A model generated the notes under the pieces. The model saw only the letters and a list, made by a program, of their open reading frames with translations, had not been told where the DNA came from and made no database searches. Both the position numbers and the translations under genes were made by a program. This document shows, piece by piece, positions 46,161 through 61,272 of a DNA stretch of 64,000 bases (positions are counted from its first letter, which is position 1; every line of letters starts with the position of its first letter). The DNA is from the human T2T-CHM13v2.0 reference genome, Homo sapiens: NCBI RefSeq assembly GCF_009914755.1, contig NC_060929.1, one strand, 5' to 3'.

Positions 46161-47460
46161 GGTACGAGACGGAATTTGAGAGCATGGGTCCTGCTATGGC
46201 ACAGGCAGATGGTACAAGACGGAATTTGAGACCATGGGTCCTGCTATGGCACAGGCAGATGGTACAAGATGGAATTTGAGAGTACGGGTCCTGCTATGGC
46301 ACAGGCAGATGGTACGAGACGGAATTTGAGACCATGGGTCCTGCTATGGCACAGGCAGATGGTACAAGACGGAATTTGAGAGTACGGGTCCTGCTATGGC
46401 ACAGGCAGATGGTACGAGACGGAATTTGAGACCATGGGTCCTGCTATGGCACAGGCAGATGGTACAAGATGGAATTTGAGAGTACGGGTCCTGCTATGGC
46501 ACAGGCAGATGGTACGAGATGGAATTTGAGACCATGGGTCCTGCTATGGCACAGGCAGATGGTAAGAGATGGAATTTGTGACCATGGATCCTGCAATGAC
46601 ACAGGCAGATGGTAAGAGATGGAATTTGTGACCATGGGTCCTGCTATGGCACAGGCAGATGGTACGAGACGGAATTTGAGAGCATGGATCCTGCAATGAC
46701 ACAGGCAGATGGTAAGAGATGGAATTTGTGACCATGGGTCCTGCTATGGCACAGGCAGATGGTAAGAGATGGAATTTGTGACCATGGGTCCTGCTATGGC
46801 ACAGGCAGATGCTACGAGACGGAATTTGAGAGCATGGATCCTGCAATGACACAGGCAGATGGTAAGAGATGGAATTTGTGACCATGGGTCCTGCTATGGC
46901 ACAGGCAGATGGTAAGAAACAGAATTTGAGACCATGGGTCCTGCTATGGCACAGGCAGATGCTACGAGACGGAATTTGAGAGCATGGATCCTGCAATGAC
47001 ACAGGCAGATGGTAAGAGATGGAATTTGAGACCATGGGTCGTGCTATGGCACAGGCAGATGGTACGAGACGGAATTTGAGAGTACGGGTCCCGCTATCGC
47101 ACAGGCAGATGGTACGGGATGGAATTTGAGAGTACGGGTCCCGCTATGGCACAGGTAGATGGTACGAGACGGAATTTGAGGGCTCAGGTCCCGCTATCGC
47201 ACAGGCAGATGGTACGAGACGGGATTTGAGACCACGGGTCCTGCTATGGCACAGGCAGATGGTACGAGATGGAATTTGAGAGCATGAGTCCTGCTATGGC
47301 ACAGGCAGATGTTAAGAGCCTGAATTTGAGATCCTGGGTCCTGCTATGGCACAGGCAGATGGTACAAGACGGAATTTGAGAGGATGCGTCCTGCTATGGC
47401 ACAGGCAGATGGTACGAGATGGAATTTGAGAGCATGCGTCCTGCTATGGCACAGGCAGAA
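46161..47460. repeat. VNTR/minisatellite, 26 copies of a 50-bp unit, in MRNIP intron 2
   Basis: Unit GGTACGAGACGGAATTTGAGAGCATGGGTCCTGCTATGGCACAGGCAGAT recurs every 50 bp exactly, with substitutions only. Confidence 0.98.
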
Positions 47461-47680
47461 TCAGCTTCAGGGTGTGACAGCCGCTCTGCTGTCGCCATCT
47501 TGAAATTCTTAACAATCTGGCCTTTGAACCTGTGTTTTTTAAGTGAAGTGTGCTGGGACAATGGAGCACATCTGTGATCAGACACACACACTATACGTGT
47601 CCAGTGTTCCTCAACACCCCACTGGCAGGAGCATTCTTGATGTCCCGTGAGCACAGAATTCTGGTGGACTCCCAGTGCCT
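47455..47680 (+). mobile_element. hAT-Tip100 DNA transposon remnant (MER91/Zaphod-like)
   Basis: GCTCTGCTGTCGCCATCTTGAAATTCTTAA...GGGACAATGGAGCA resembles the MER91/Zaphod 5' end from memory. Confidence 0.5.
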
Positions 47681-49180
47681 GGCAGCTAGTAAGTCAAGTG
47701 AGAACTGAGAACCAACCGTTGTTTTTAGCAACACAGAGACCACTGCTGACGCTGACAGAAGCAATTGTAATGGACACGTAGGGAGTGCAGTCCTGTTTGG
47801 AGCACATTCGCCTGAGAACGGAGAAGAGTAGCTGGAGGGGGAAATGGCAAAGACCAGGCTGGCATAACCAGTAGCGGTGTGCTCTTCCATAGGGCAGGGA
47901 CTGCTGGATGGATACTGAAGCGCATTCTTCCCGAAAACTAGATGTCATTTTCCAGTGTGCGTGTGGTCAGGGGTGGCCACGAAACCAGCCTCTTTCCATG
48001 GCACTGTCACTTGCTTCCCAGCCTGGCCCTCAAAGCCTCTCAGTAGCTCCTCCAAGCACCTGCCCTTCTCAGTGGCTAGAAGCAGCTACAGATGAGCCTC
48101 AGGGAATAGAAGCAGCTCAAGATGGCAGGAGCTTGGATCCCTGAGCAACCACATCAAGGGCAGCGCCCTGCTGACCTTATCATCTTCCCAGGACTGTTAT
48201 GAGAGCAAGAGAAACGTCTATTGTATTAAGCCACCACAATTTTGGTGTGTTTGTTACTGTGGCCTAGTCAGCCATACACCACATACCACACACAGCACAG
48301 AGGCATTGAGGGGAGTAAGAAGGCTTCCTCAAGGAGAATGTAGAAATATATACATCTCAAACAAGCCATGCTCACCATGTGGGGTGTCTGCCTACCTGGT
48401 AAGCCAGCCCCTCTCTTCTGAGACCCAATCCCAGTTGACTGGACCAGAGGTGGGCATCCGAGTCAGCCTGGGCCAACCAGGTTGCTTCTCCTAGGAATTT
48501 ATAATTGAGACTCAGCTCTTCCAGTTGGCTTGGAATGAGATTCTATGGACTTGGAGCAGAGAATCTGACTGAACAGTCTGGGGAGAAACAGAAAGGGAAG
48601 GAGAGGAGAAAATAGAGTGAAGATATAGGGAGAAGCTGGGTGATGGGCAGGAAAAGCTGATGTCTGGCTTGTTGGCAGCTTTTCAGTTCTTGGGGCTAGT
48701 TTTTCAAGGGACCGGGGATGAAGTTCTGCCCTTGGATTCCCTAAGAGATCTCATTACCTTGCCAGCACTTTATTTATTTATTTATTTATTTTTTAACTTT
48801 GCTGAACCCATTCTGAAGTGTTTTTTTTCCCTTTTTTAAAAAAAATATCAGCCAGGCACGGTGGCTCACGCCTGTAACCCCAGCACTTTGGGAGGCCAAG
48901 GTGGGCAGATCACGAGGTCAGGAGATTGACACCATCCTGGCTAACATGGTGAAACCCCATCTCTACTAAAAATACAAAATATTAGCCGGGCGTGGTGGTG
49001 GGAGCCTGTGGTCCCAGCTACTCAGGAGGCTGAGGCAGGAGAATGGCGTAAACCCAGGGGGCGGAGCTTGCAGTGAGCGAGATCGCACCACTGCACTCCA
49101 GCCTGAGTGACAGAGCGAGACTCCGTCTAAAAAAAAATAAAAAAATAAAAAATATCAGGTGAAGGCACTCACCAACATTA

Positions 49181-49489
<309 letters not shown>

Positions 49490-50530
49490 CTAAGTAAACA
49501 GTAAACAGCTGGTCACGTGGATAAAGAGGTTTTTGTGAAAAGCTTCACGGTAGAGTTGTGCATAACAGTCAAAAGGGAAATCAACCTAAATGCCCAACAA
49601 GGTTGGGCCAGTTCCTTACTCACTCCACAAACACCGAGCACTGTGCTAGGTGCTGCGGATACACCAGCAAATAAAAAGCCTCTGTTCTCACGGAACTTAC
49701 AGCCTTAGATGGACAATCCGTGCATAAACACATGACTATGTAACTTCCATAGGATACTGAGAAGAGGGAGGGGAACTCCACAGTGAGCACAAAGGCCTGA
49801 AGAGGGAGCAAATTTGGGTTTAAGGTCAGAAAGAAAGCACATGGCTGTAGAAGGAGAGGAAAGATGAGAGGTGAAGGGAGAGGTGGCACTGGGGCTGGAG
49901 CAGGAAAAGAGCAAGTTCAGTAAGGCAAAGGATGCAGGACAGTTTGGGGTCCTAGAGTTCAGGAGGGGCAATACGGATGGACTGAAAAGACGTACTGAAT
50001 GCCAGCTGCAAACAGCTGGATGAGAGCATTTACAGCCTGCCCCTGCCTGCCTCCACTTCCTGAGCCCACTATCCCACACCTCCACCTCCACCAACGGCCT
50101 CTGCCCTTCCCCGGCTGCCCTGATTCCTCTGTCATCTTCTCACAGTCCCCAGTGCTTTCCTTTCCTTGTGCTCAGCCGAGTTTTAAATTATGCAGATGCA
50201 TGTGTGCATTAGTTTCTCTTCCCCTTCCACACAAGTGCATCTGTGAGGGCAAGAATGACAATGGGCTTACTTTCCACTGTTCCCCTTGTGCTTGGCACAC
50301 AGAAAGTACTCAAGAAATACTTGCTGAATGAAGAATCAAATGGCAGTACCTTTCCAGATTCTGCTCCATCCATTTCACTTCCTGAAGGAACAGGAAGCTC
50401 GGAAGCAGGAGCTCCGTGTCTGGGGAACTCTGTTTGAGAGAGGATGATCCCAGCTGTGGCATGCTGGGACTCCCTGGAAGGGCTCGCTGCAGGCCTGCGC
50501 CCCACTTGCTTTCTGTTTTGTAGGACTCAC

Positions 50531-50590
50531 CCGCAAAAAGGACTGCTTCTCTCCACAAGCTTTGCATGTCCACTTGACACTCTTTTTTAC
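50531..50590 (-). CDS. MRNIP: MRNIP exon 2
   Basis: [20 protein letters not shown]; 60 nt; second CxxC of the N-terminal zinc-ribbon-like motif; donor G|GTGAGT. Confidence 0.94.
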
Positions 50591-50666
50591 CTGCAATGAA
50601 ATTTCAGAAATACAACTCAGATAATTATTTAAAACAAAATGGAATTGGGCTGGACTCGGTGGCTCA

Positions 50667-51453
<787 letters not shown>

Positions 51454-51756
51454 TGAGCCACCAGGGCTGGATCTGGCCTGAAATAATTTTAAAAACTGAT
51501 GGAAGGAGTCCAGAAACAAACCAAAGCATGTGTAAACATTTAGCGTATCATAATCATAAAGGTGGTACTTTAAAAGTGAGAAAAGAACAGACTATTTAAC
51601 AAGTCCGGGTTGGTGCTGGGAAAACTGGCTATCTGTATGAAACACAATCAAATTGGGCTGGGCACAGTGGCTTGAGCCTGTAGTCTCAGCGACGAGGGAG
51701 GCCAAGACTACTCGAGCCCAGGAGTTTGAGGCCAGCCCGGGTAGCATGGCAAGAGG

Positions 51757-51924
51757 CTGTCTCACAAAACCAAATCCAAACAAAACAAAACCACTCTGAA
51801 AGACCCAAATTGAAGCTGTAAAAAAAAATTCCATAATATTCCTGTCTCGCAAAACCAAATCCAAACAAAACAAAAACACTCCGTAAGACTCAAATTGAAG
51901 CTGTAAAAAAAATTCCATAATATT
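51757..51924. repeat. About 85-bp imperfect tandem duplication spanning an Alu end
   Basis: CTGTCTC(A/G)CAAAACCAAATCCAAAC...AAATTGAAGCTGTAAAAAAAATTCCATAATATT at 51757 and 51842. Confidence 0.88.
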
Positions 51925-53035
51925 TAAATTCTTGTTAAACTTGGGTCTAAAAAAAATTCCGTAACATTTATTTTCAATTCTTGTTAAACCTGACTAGATG
52001 TGTTCTCTCTTAACATATAAAATGCCTAAAACCCACTCTAATGCTGGAGAATCTTTACCAGCATTCCACATGGAAGTCAAGAACAAGCCAGGGTTGCCCG
52101 CTATTATTTACCATTTTTTTCTGGATGTACTAGCCAATGGAATTAGAAGAAAGTTGTAAGATGTATAAAAATTATAAAGGAGCGGAAAACCCTATCATTA
52201 TTTATAGACATAATTATAATACCTGAAATAACTCCTGACCTCAAATGATCTGCAGACCTCGGCCTCCCAAAGAAAAGCCAATTTTTTAATTTTAATTTTA
52301 ATTTTAATTTTTTTGAGACGGAGTTTCGCTCTTATTGCCCAGGCTGGAGTGCAATGGTGAGATCTCGGCTTAGTGCAACCTCCACCTCCCAGGTTCAAGA
52401 GATTCTCCTGCCTCAGTCTCCCAAGTAGCTGGGATTACAGGCACGTGCCACCACGCCCGGCTAACTTTGTGGTTTTAGCAGAGACAGGGTTTCATCATGT
52501 TGGTCAGGCTGGTCTCGAACTCCTGACCTCAAGTGACCCACCCAAAGTGCTGGGATTAAAGGCATGAACCACCAGCCCGGCTGCTACCTGACATAATTTT
52601 TTATCCGAAAACCAACATAATGAAATGAGAAGCCACTAAAACCAGATAGTCTAATACAGTGGTTAGGTACAAAATTAAGATACCTTCAAAAATTAATATA
52701 GCTTTTATATGAGCAGACATCTAATTAGAACACATAATTGATAAAGAGTCCATTTATAACAGCAACAAATAAAATGTTACCAAGGGATACCAAGGTTACT
52801 TGAAGAAACGTAATGGATCATGTTTAACACCACAAAGATGTCTAGGTTGATCCATTAACATTAATACGATTAATATGATCCTAATACAAAATCATGAGGT
52901 TTTCGGGGGAAGTATCCAAAAGGATTCTAAGGAGGACAATGAGCACCTACCAAAAATTGAACTGGGTAATGACTTAGCAATTTTACTTCTCAGCTTCTAC
53001 CTTAAAACACCAATAAAACTGTGGATTTTCTATGA

Positions 53036-53239
<204 letters not shown>

Positions 53240-54396
53240 TAGTAGAGACGGGGTTTCACAACATTGCCCAGGCTGGTCTCGAACTCCTGACCTCATGATC
53301 TGCCCCCCTCGGCCTCCCAAAGCGCTGGGATTACAGGTGTGAGCCACCGCACCCGGCCAAGAAAAGCCTTTTTAAAAGTTTAGGACTCACAGAACCTGGT
53401 AAAGGAATTAATTGTGGGAACTGCTGAGATAGTATGGTTCTGCCACTCCCTAGATGGAGAAACCACTTGATTCCCGTGTATTTCGGAATTCTCATGTCTC
53501 TAAGATGGGAATGATGCCTAAGTCAAAGGTTGTTGAAGTTAAACGTGTTAAAGTAGTACACAGCCGACTTGCAATTAAAATTAAAGTAGTACATAGCCGA
53601 CTTGCCGTCCTCTTTGGTTTCAAGTAATTTTTCTTTGTTTTTGAGACAGGGTCTGGCTGTCGCCCAGGCTGGAGTGCAGTGGTGTGAACACGGCTCACTG
53701 CAACCTCTACCTCCTGGACTGAAGCGATTCTCCTGCCTCAGCGACCCTGAGTAGCTAGGACTACAGATGCGCGCCACTACATCTAGCTATTTTATTTTGA
53801 ATTTTAGTAGAGACAAGGTCTCGCTACGTTGCCCAGGCTGCTCTGGAACTTCTGAGCTCAAGTGATCTGCCCTAGTGGGCTTCCCAAAGTGCTGAGATTA
53901 TGGGCGTGAGCCACCGGGGCCAAGCAACTCACATTTCATAAGGTTGAAAATGACCACGAGGGTCAGGGGCGCTGGCTCACACCCGTAGTCCCGGCACTTT
54001 GGGAGCTAAGGCGGGAAGAACACTTGAGCCCAGGAGTTCCAGACCAGCCTGGGCAACACGGCCGAAACCTCATTCCTACAAAAAATATAAAAATTAGCTG
54101 GGGATGGTGGCCCACACCTGTAGTACCAGCTACGTGGGAGGCTGAGGTGGATCAGCTGAGCCCGGGAGATGCAGGTTGCAGCGAGCTGTGATTGTTACCA
54201 CTGCACTCCAATCTGGGCGACAAAGCGAGACCTTGTCTCAAAATAAATAAGTAAATAAATAAATAAATAACACTGGTGAACATGGAAGAGTGAAACAGGA
54301 AAACAAACAAGGAAATAGAGGCCGGGCGCAGTGGCTCACACCCGTAACACCAGCACTATAATCCCAGCACTTTCGGAGGCCGAGGCGGGCAGATCA

Positions 54397-54681
<285 letters not shown>

Positions 54682-55018
54682 TTAGACGTGGAATAATTTA
54701 AAAATGCAAATGATCTCCCTTTATTTGCAACTCTTAGGACCCAGCTCCCGAAAGAAAATAAGTAAAAAGTTTCTGAGCCCTTAAAATGGCCCTTACAAAC
54801 GCTTAGCATTAAATGCAAGCTTACAGACACAAACTCAGCATCTTGCTGACTTTTTAACATACCTCTTAAACAAGTCTGATCCACGCCGGGCACAATGGCT
54901 CTCGCCTGTAATCCCAGCACTTTGGGAGGCCGAGGCAGGCGGGTCACCTGAGGTCAGGAGTTCAAGACCAGCCTGACCAACATGGAGAAACCCTGTCTCT
55001 ATTAAAAACACAAAATTA

Positions 55019-55194
<176 letters not shown>

Positions 55195-55399
55195 CTATTC
55201 TTTCTCAGGGCATAGCAGATTACCAATAATTAGGAGGGAGGGACTATCAGAAGCAGATACGGTGACTGCAGTGTTAAGTGATATCAAGCAGGGAGACAGG
55301 TGCGATCCGGAAAAGGTTAAGTGGCATTCTCTATCTGGCACGCTGAAGTTAGGGAGGCAAATATGTCCTAGAAACACAGATTATCTGTCTTTAAGACTC

Positions 55400-56580
55400 C
55401 GGGGCCCGTGGTTTATGCGTCGGCGAACAGCCATATCAAGTCCCTGGCCCCGCGGAAACGGACGGCGGCAGAGGCGCGGGGCGACGGAGAGGGCGCCCAG
55501 GTGTGGAGCAGGGACGCCGCCGCGGCGCGCTCGGTCTCTAAGAACCGTCCTCCCCCTCTCACTGAAACTGCGACAGCGCTACTTCGTGGGGTAGGCTCTG
55601 CGTAAAGGATGCTATACTCAACCGGATTCTCCCACTACCTGCTACAATTCACAAGAGGCCACCTCCGCAGAACCATTACCTCTGGTTTGTACAAGAACCA
55701 AACAAAAAGCTCAGAACGTTATGCGGGGGCGACCCCAATGAGACCCGCCCTCAGCGGTCCCTGCACTCCTTCGGGCCCGGTGCATCCCGGAGCCATTCGA
55801 GACAACACCCACAGCCCCGCCACTCCCCGTCCGCTGTCCCCGCGCCGGAGGAGGAGGAGGGGGCTGGCACCCGCCAGACCTGGTGCGCCTGGAAGAGGCG
55901 ACAGCTGCAGCAGCGTAGCACCCGAGAACGCTGAAGCGACGCCATCCCTGCTTGTGCAGTCGCCAGGCAGCCAAGCGCGTGCGCTCTGCATTTGTCCCGC
56001 CGCGGCCCCGCCCCACGCACGCGCTCCGAACCCTCTAGTCCCCTACGCCGTCTCGCATGCGCTTATACTCTTCGCTCCGGCCGCCGCGGCCCCGCCCCTG
56101 CGCACTGGGATCCCTCTAGCCTGCCGCGCCTCTCGCTGGTCATCTGCGCCCCTCCGACCTCGGAAAGAGTCCTGGGTGCGGGATTCCTGGTAGCCGACTC
56201 GTCGTCTGACCAGGGCCGTGCCCGCATCTTCCTAAGGCACTGGTTCCGGCCCTGGGGAGACTGGAATTGAGACGACAGGGCCTCCGCTGACCAGTCCTTG
56301 GACACAACGCGGAGCGGGGCTGAGGGGCCGCCCTGCCAGGCCTGCGCTGCCGTGCTTTTAGGTAGCAGCGAACAGTTAGCCTTTGAACCGGAGCCCGGGG
56401 TGGAATACGGGGAGACGGAGGGGCTCACCACACCCACGCTTCCCGGAGAGGGCGGCGGAGGCGCGCGGCCGCCGAGCGCGAAGCCGGTCCCCCTGCAGCC
56501 CCGGGAGCGTCCCAGGCCCACCCTACGGAGGGTGGAGGCGCCCCCGCAGCCCGACGCTCACGCCGCAACCCTGTGTGGCT
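55400..56580. promoter_or_regulatory. MRNIP CpG-island promoter
   Basis: CpG-rich; GC boxes; NRF1-like CGCATGCGC at 56054-56062. Confidence 0.85.
55880..55945 (-). CDS. MRNIP: MRNIP (C5orf45) exon 1 coding part
   Basis: MASLQRSRVLRCCSCRLFQAHQ; 66 nt; donor CAG|GTCTGG; the 7 exons total 1032 nt = 343 aa + stop. Confidence 0.94.
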
Positions 56581-58768
56581 TAGGGTTGTAACCTCGTTGG
56601 AAAATAAAATACAAAAAATATTAAAATTACCTCCCACCGTACAACCCTCGGTGTCTAGGGTTGTAATTTTAATTTTTTTTCCAACTTTTACACAGTGACT
56701 ATCACCAAAAAAGCGAGGTGTTTTTTTTTTGTTTTTTGTTTTTGGAGACAGTCTCGCTCAGTCGCCCAGGCTGGAGTGCAGTGGCGTGATTCTCCTGCCT
56801 CAGCCTCTCCAGTAGCTGGGATTACGGATGCCCGCCACCACGCCCAGCTAATTTTTGTATTTTTAGTAGAGACGGTGTTTCTCCATGTTGGCCAGGCTGG
56901 TCTCGAACTCCTGACCTCAGGTGATCCACCCGCCTCGGCTTCCCAAAGTACTGGGATTACAGACGTGAGCCACTGCACCCGGCCGACACTCGCTTTTAAC
57001 AGCAGAAACCATCCCGTTGAAGAAAACACCCAATCCTGACAAGGGTGCAGGGAGGGCTACCCCTCTGACAGGGTGCTGGGAGAACGGTCAAGTGCAAAAC
57101 CGTGGAAAGCAACCTGGCAATACTGCTACCCCAAGAAAGGAATCCCTTCACCTAGGTGATTTATTATTCATTCCCTAGTGTTCCCTGAAGAATACTAGGA
57201 AGAAATGGAAATCAGTGTTCTGAAGAACGGCACGGACTCTTAGGCAGTTCCATCAGCAAGAACCTGAGTTTGAAGTGACAACGTGCTGTGGAGAGGCAAG
57301 GTTACAGAATTACAGTACATCGTTTGACTTCTGTGACACCGGCATTATTTTCTGGCGTGTGTGTGTGTGTGTGTGGCTAAGGTCGTAGGTAATGCTAATT
57401 TTTAAATTTTTCCAACTTTTGTACAGTAAGTAGTTAGAAAAAAAAATTGAGAGACAATATGCCAATAGACAATGGTCAGATAACGAATGACAATAAACTG
57501 ACTGCAGCCTCTGCAGTAACCGGGCAGTCGGCTGCTTGGGAAGGACGTGGTCAGGACTGCTTGCTCCTCTATTTTTTGTACCACCCTCCCCATGTCAGAA
57601 CCAACCCAAGAAAGCGCTCCCCAAACCAGTCACAGAAAACATCCTGCTTCTTGTTAGCTCACCTCCAGTTTCCAACAGCCTGCGGTCAGAACCACCTGGA
57701 GCCTTCCCCGTTTTCCACCCCCTGGGTCCTTGCCTCTACCCACACGGGGGATGTTGCTGACTCCCTTGCTGTATAGCAAGCTCTGAATACTGTTTCTCAT
57801 TTGGGTGGTTTTCCTTCATTTCTACGTTTGAGCTACTGTGGCTGAGAACAGAAAGCATCTGCAAAAAATGTTTTATGCTTAATGAAAGGAGTAGAATAAA
57901 AATTTCATATATGACATCAGTTAAACTCTGAAAAAAAATACAGAATAAACACCAAAATACTGAGTAATCTGTAGCACTAGGAAAAATTGTTCTACTTTTC
58001 TGTATATTTTTCTCCTTTTGGCAATGAACCGGTAATCCTTTAAAAATTCATGTATATAGTTTTTTTTCTTGGAAATTATAAGAATGATTTGATGAGTGGT
58101 TTGATGCAACTTATATTACTTGGTAAGCAGTTTTAAAATATTCATGTTTACTTATAAAATTTAAATTTTTTATTTGTATTATCTATATATTATTTAATGT
58201 TACTGTTCTGGTTGTTAAACATTTTGAGTTATCTTCCCAGGTTGAATGATTTATGGATTAAAGTACTATTGTACATTTTCGTACATTGTATCACGTGAAT
58301 AGGCCAGATTCCTCTTTCCTATTCTTTGGTTAATTTCTTTGGTGTATTCACAAGCTTATACTTCCATATATTAAAAACATTTATCTTACCTCTGTAAAGA
58401 CAAAAAATGGGAAATAAAAAGCCATTTATCCAAATTCCAAGTTATTCAAATCTAATTGAATATAATCAGTGTAAGACTTAAAATTGCCAAATATGTGGGG
58501 TTATTATATCTTAATTATATTAAGGCCAACAATGGTCTTTTTGGTATAAATCATTTGAAATTATTTTATGGTACTTTGTGTAAATACTAGAAAGGAAATT
58601 GAAGCCAGGCATGCTGGTTCATGCCTGTAGTCCCAGCTACTAGGGAGGCTGGGGCAGGAGGATTACTTCAGGCCAAGAGTTTGAGGCTGCCATGAGCTTA
58701 TGGTCATGCCACAGCACTCCAGTCTGTCTCTAAAACAAACAAACAAGCAGACCGGGCATGGTGGCTCA

Positions 58769-59056
<288 letters not shown>

Positions 59057-59093
59057 CTACTTAATTAAAACAAAAACAGCAGCCACAGAGATA

Positions 59094-59419
59094 TACAATA
59101 GTACCTGAGTTTCACCTTCTGCAGCTTTAGTTACCCAGAGTCAACAGCCACCTGGAAAAGAGATGAGTACAGTACAAGAAGATATTGTGAGACAGACCAC
59201 ATTTACAACTTTCATTACAGTATAACCGTTACATTTTATTATTAGTTATTGTTGTCAATCTCTTAAGGTGCCTAATTCATAAACTTAATCACAGGTATGT
59301 ATGCATAGGAAAAAACAGTATGTATAAGGTTTGTTATTATCTGTGGTTTTAGACATCCACTGGGGGTCTGGTTTTAGATATCCACTGTATCCCCTGTGGA
59401 TAAGGGGGTAACTGCTGTA
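59094..59419. mobile_element. MER44-like (TcMar-Tigger) MITE
   Basis: Ends ...CATCCACTGGGGGTC...TATCCCCTGTGGATAAGGGGGTAACTGCTGTA, matching the MER44 terminus from memory. Confidence 0.7.
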
Positions 59420-60591
59420 TCTTTTAGTAGAAGCAAGAGCAGCCCCATGTGGGGGCTAACACTGGACACTGGTCAGTTTCAGCTCCTCATGCAAAGTGAG
59501 GGTATCCTTGTGGCTCCAGCCCTGGGGCCCCCTGCGGTCACCTTTGGCTCCACAGTCTGGTTCTTGAACCCAAGGGCAGACAGCTTGCTACAGCCCAGGC
59601 CTGAGGATGCACTTCCTTCACCAGGACCCACAACCCCTGCCCATGAAGACCTGTGGAGCTCAGGGCATCCCCTGATGCAGGTTGGTCAGGACCTGCCCAG
59701 CTTGCACCAGCAGGTTCTGCGTCTCCATCTGACCTGGCAGACCTTGCACTCTTCCACCCACTGTGGAGGACTAAGTGTCTTGAACTTCCAGAACACAGCC
59801 AGGGCCCCATACTTGGCCTGGGGAGAAGTTGGGAGGCCTAAGCAGTGGTTGGGGGCCACAGCAAGGCATTGCACACAGTGGTTTTTATTTCTTTCAGGGA
59901 TTTATTAAGGCATTGAGCACAGTGTAATTTCTAGCCAAGTGAAATGAATCCAAGGAAATATATCAGGACCTGAGGGATGTTTTTTTAAAGTTACTGGAAA
60001 GGATGATGAGCTGAGAGCACGTGTACAGCCACGCCTGTACGCAGCGCCCACTCTGTGCAATAAACATGTTCTGCCCATGTTCCTCAGTCAGGAGGTTCAG
60101 GCTCCCGGAGAGCACCTGAGGGTTCCATCACTTTGGTGCCCAACAAGCACATGCCCCCCAACCTGGTGCCAAGAGGCAGGAATGACCCCCATACCACATA
60201 GCTGCAGGAAAGCATCCACGGATGGAGGGACTCAGCTGGCCTGGCCGCAGTGTGGAGCACAGAGGTATGAGGCAAGCAAGGGCAGATCTGAGAGCCTCTA
60301 ATGCTAGGCAGGTGCAGCTGGTGCGAGGCGGGCTCCCACCAGGTGTAAGGAAGGTGGGAGCCACAGCCTCTTCCTGGGCCCAGAAGCAGCCGGCGCCAGG
60401 AGATGCAGGCCCAGGGAATCTGTCTAAGGCAGCTGGGTCTGCACCAGCCTTCTTTCCACTCACAACTCACTGCTCCTGGGAGAGCAGGAGGGGCACACCT
60501 TTAAAGAGAAACTGATAAGGGAGGAAAGGCAGGAGGAGATGAGGCCAGCCCCACTGATGACACCTTGGGCCAGGCCTCACAGCTGCAGGCA

Positions 60592-61272
60592 TCAGCCGGA
60601 AACTCCAGGCTGCTCATGGTCACTGGCGGTGCTGAACTGTCTCTCCACTTTCTTTTGGTCCTTGATCTTGAGTCCAATGTCCACTCTCTTCTCAAAGAAG
60701 TTCACCAGCACGGACTCCGTCAGGATGGAGGCCAGGATCTGCTCAAAGGAGATGCACCAGTCGGTGTCGACGGTGCCGCCGATGCGCGCTGTGGGGCTGC
60801 AGGCCTCCCCGCCCACCAGCACCGTGTCGTCTGCAAGGTCTTCACATTGCAGGGAGCCCGTGCTGACCACCGAGTAGGAGGACATGGACATGTCGTCTTT
60901 GGTTTCATCGTCAGACAGCAGCTGGGAGGGTGAGCCCTGTCCCTCGCCGCTGCCCCCCTCCACCACCACCTGGCTCTCCTGTGGGGCTGTTCCGAGGTGT
61001 GTGTCTCCGCCTGCTTTGGCTTGGGGGTCTCCTGCAGCTGGGGGCTGAAGCTCCCTGGCTGCGTCCTGATGCAGTTCGGGTGCTGGTGGCTCGTCCTCCT
61101 CAGTGGCACAGTCCCTGGGCTTCCTGCCTGTGCGGGCTGAGAACTTCTTCCCCACCTCTCCGATGCGGAGCAGGAGGCTGGCCACGGTGGCGATGGCGTG
61201 GTACAGGTCCTGCTCCATGGGGTCTTCACTGAACATGTTGTAAAGCGTCTTGCACAGCTCAATGAACTGCTC
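60592..61272 (-). CDS. TBC1D9B: TBC1D9B last coding exon
   Basis: [42 protein letters not shown]...[25 protein letters not shown]...PGVSG*; 681 nt; TBC1D8/9-family C-terminal motifs. Confidence 0.93.
   Translation of the reverse strand, partial: EQFIELCKTLYNMFSEDPMEQDLYHAIATVASLLLRIGEVGKKFSARTGRKPRDCATEEDEPPAPELHQDAARELQPPAAGDPQAKAGGDTHLGTAPQESQVVVEGGSGEGQGSPSQLLSDDETKDDMSMSSYSVVSTGSLQCEDLADDTVLVGGEACSPTARIGGTVDTDWCISFEQILASILTESVLVNFFEKRVDIGLKIKDQKKVERQFSTASDHEQPGVSG

Noticed and set aside
46161-47460. Regularly spaced repeats resembling a CRISPR array, and the repetitive ORF 46544-47035
   Set aside because: There are no unique spacers (the variable parts are point variants of one unit), no cas genes, and the context is a human intron. 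The ORF is a by-product of the 50-bp period.
56100-58440. Divergent lncRNA from the MRNIP promoter
   Set aside because: Plausible (CpG island, plus-strand AATAAA at 57895 and 58413), but exon structure cannot be supported from sequence alone.
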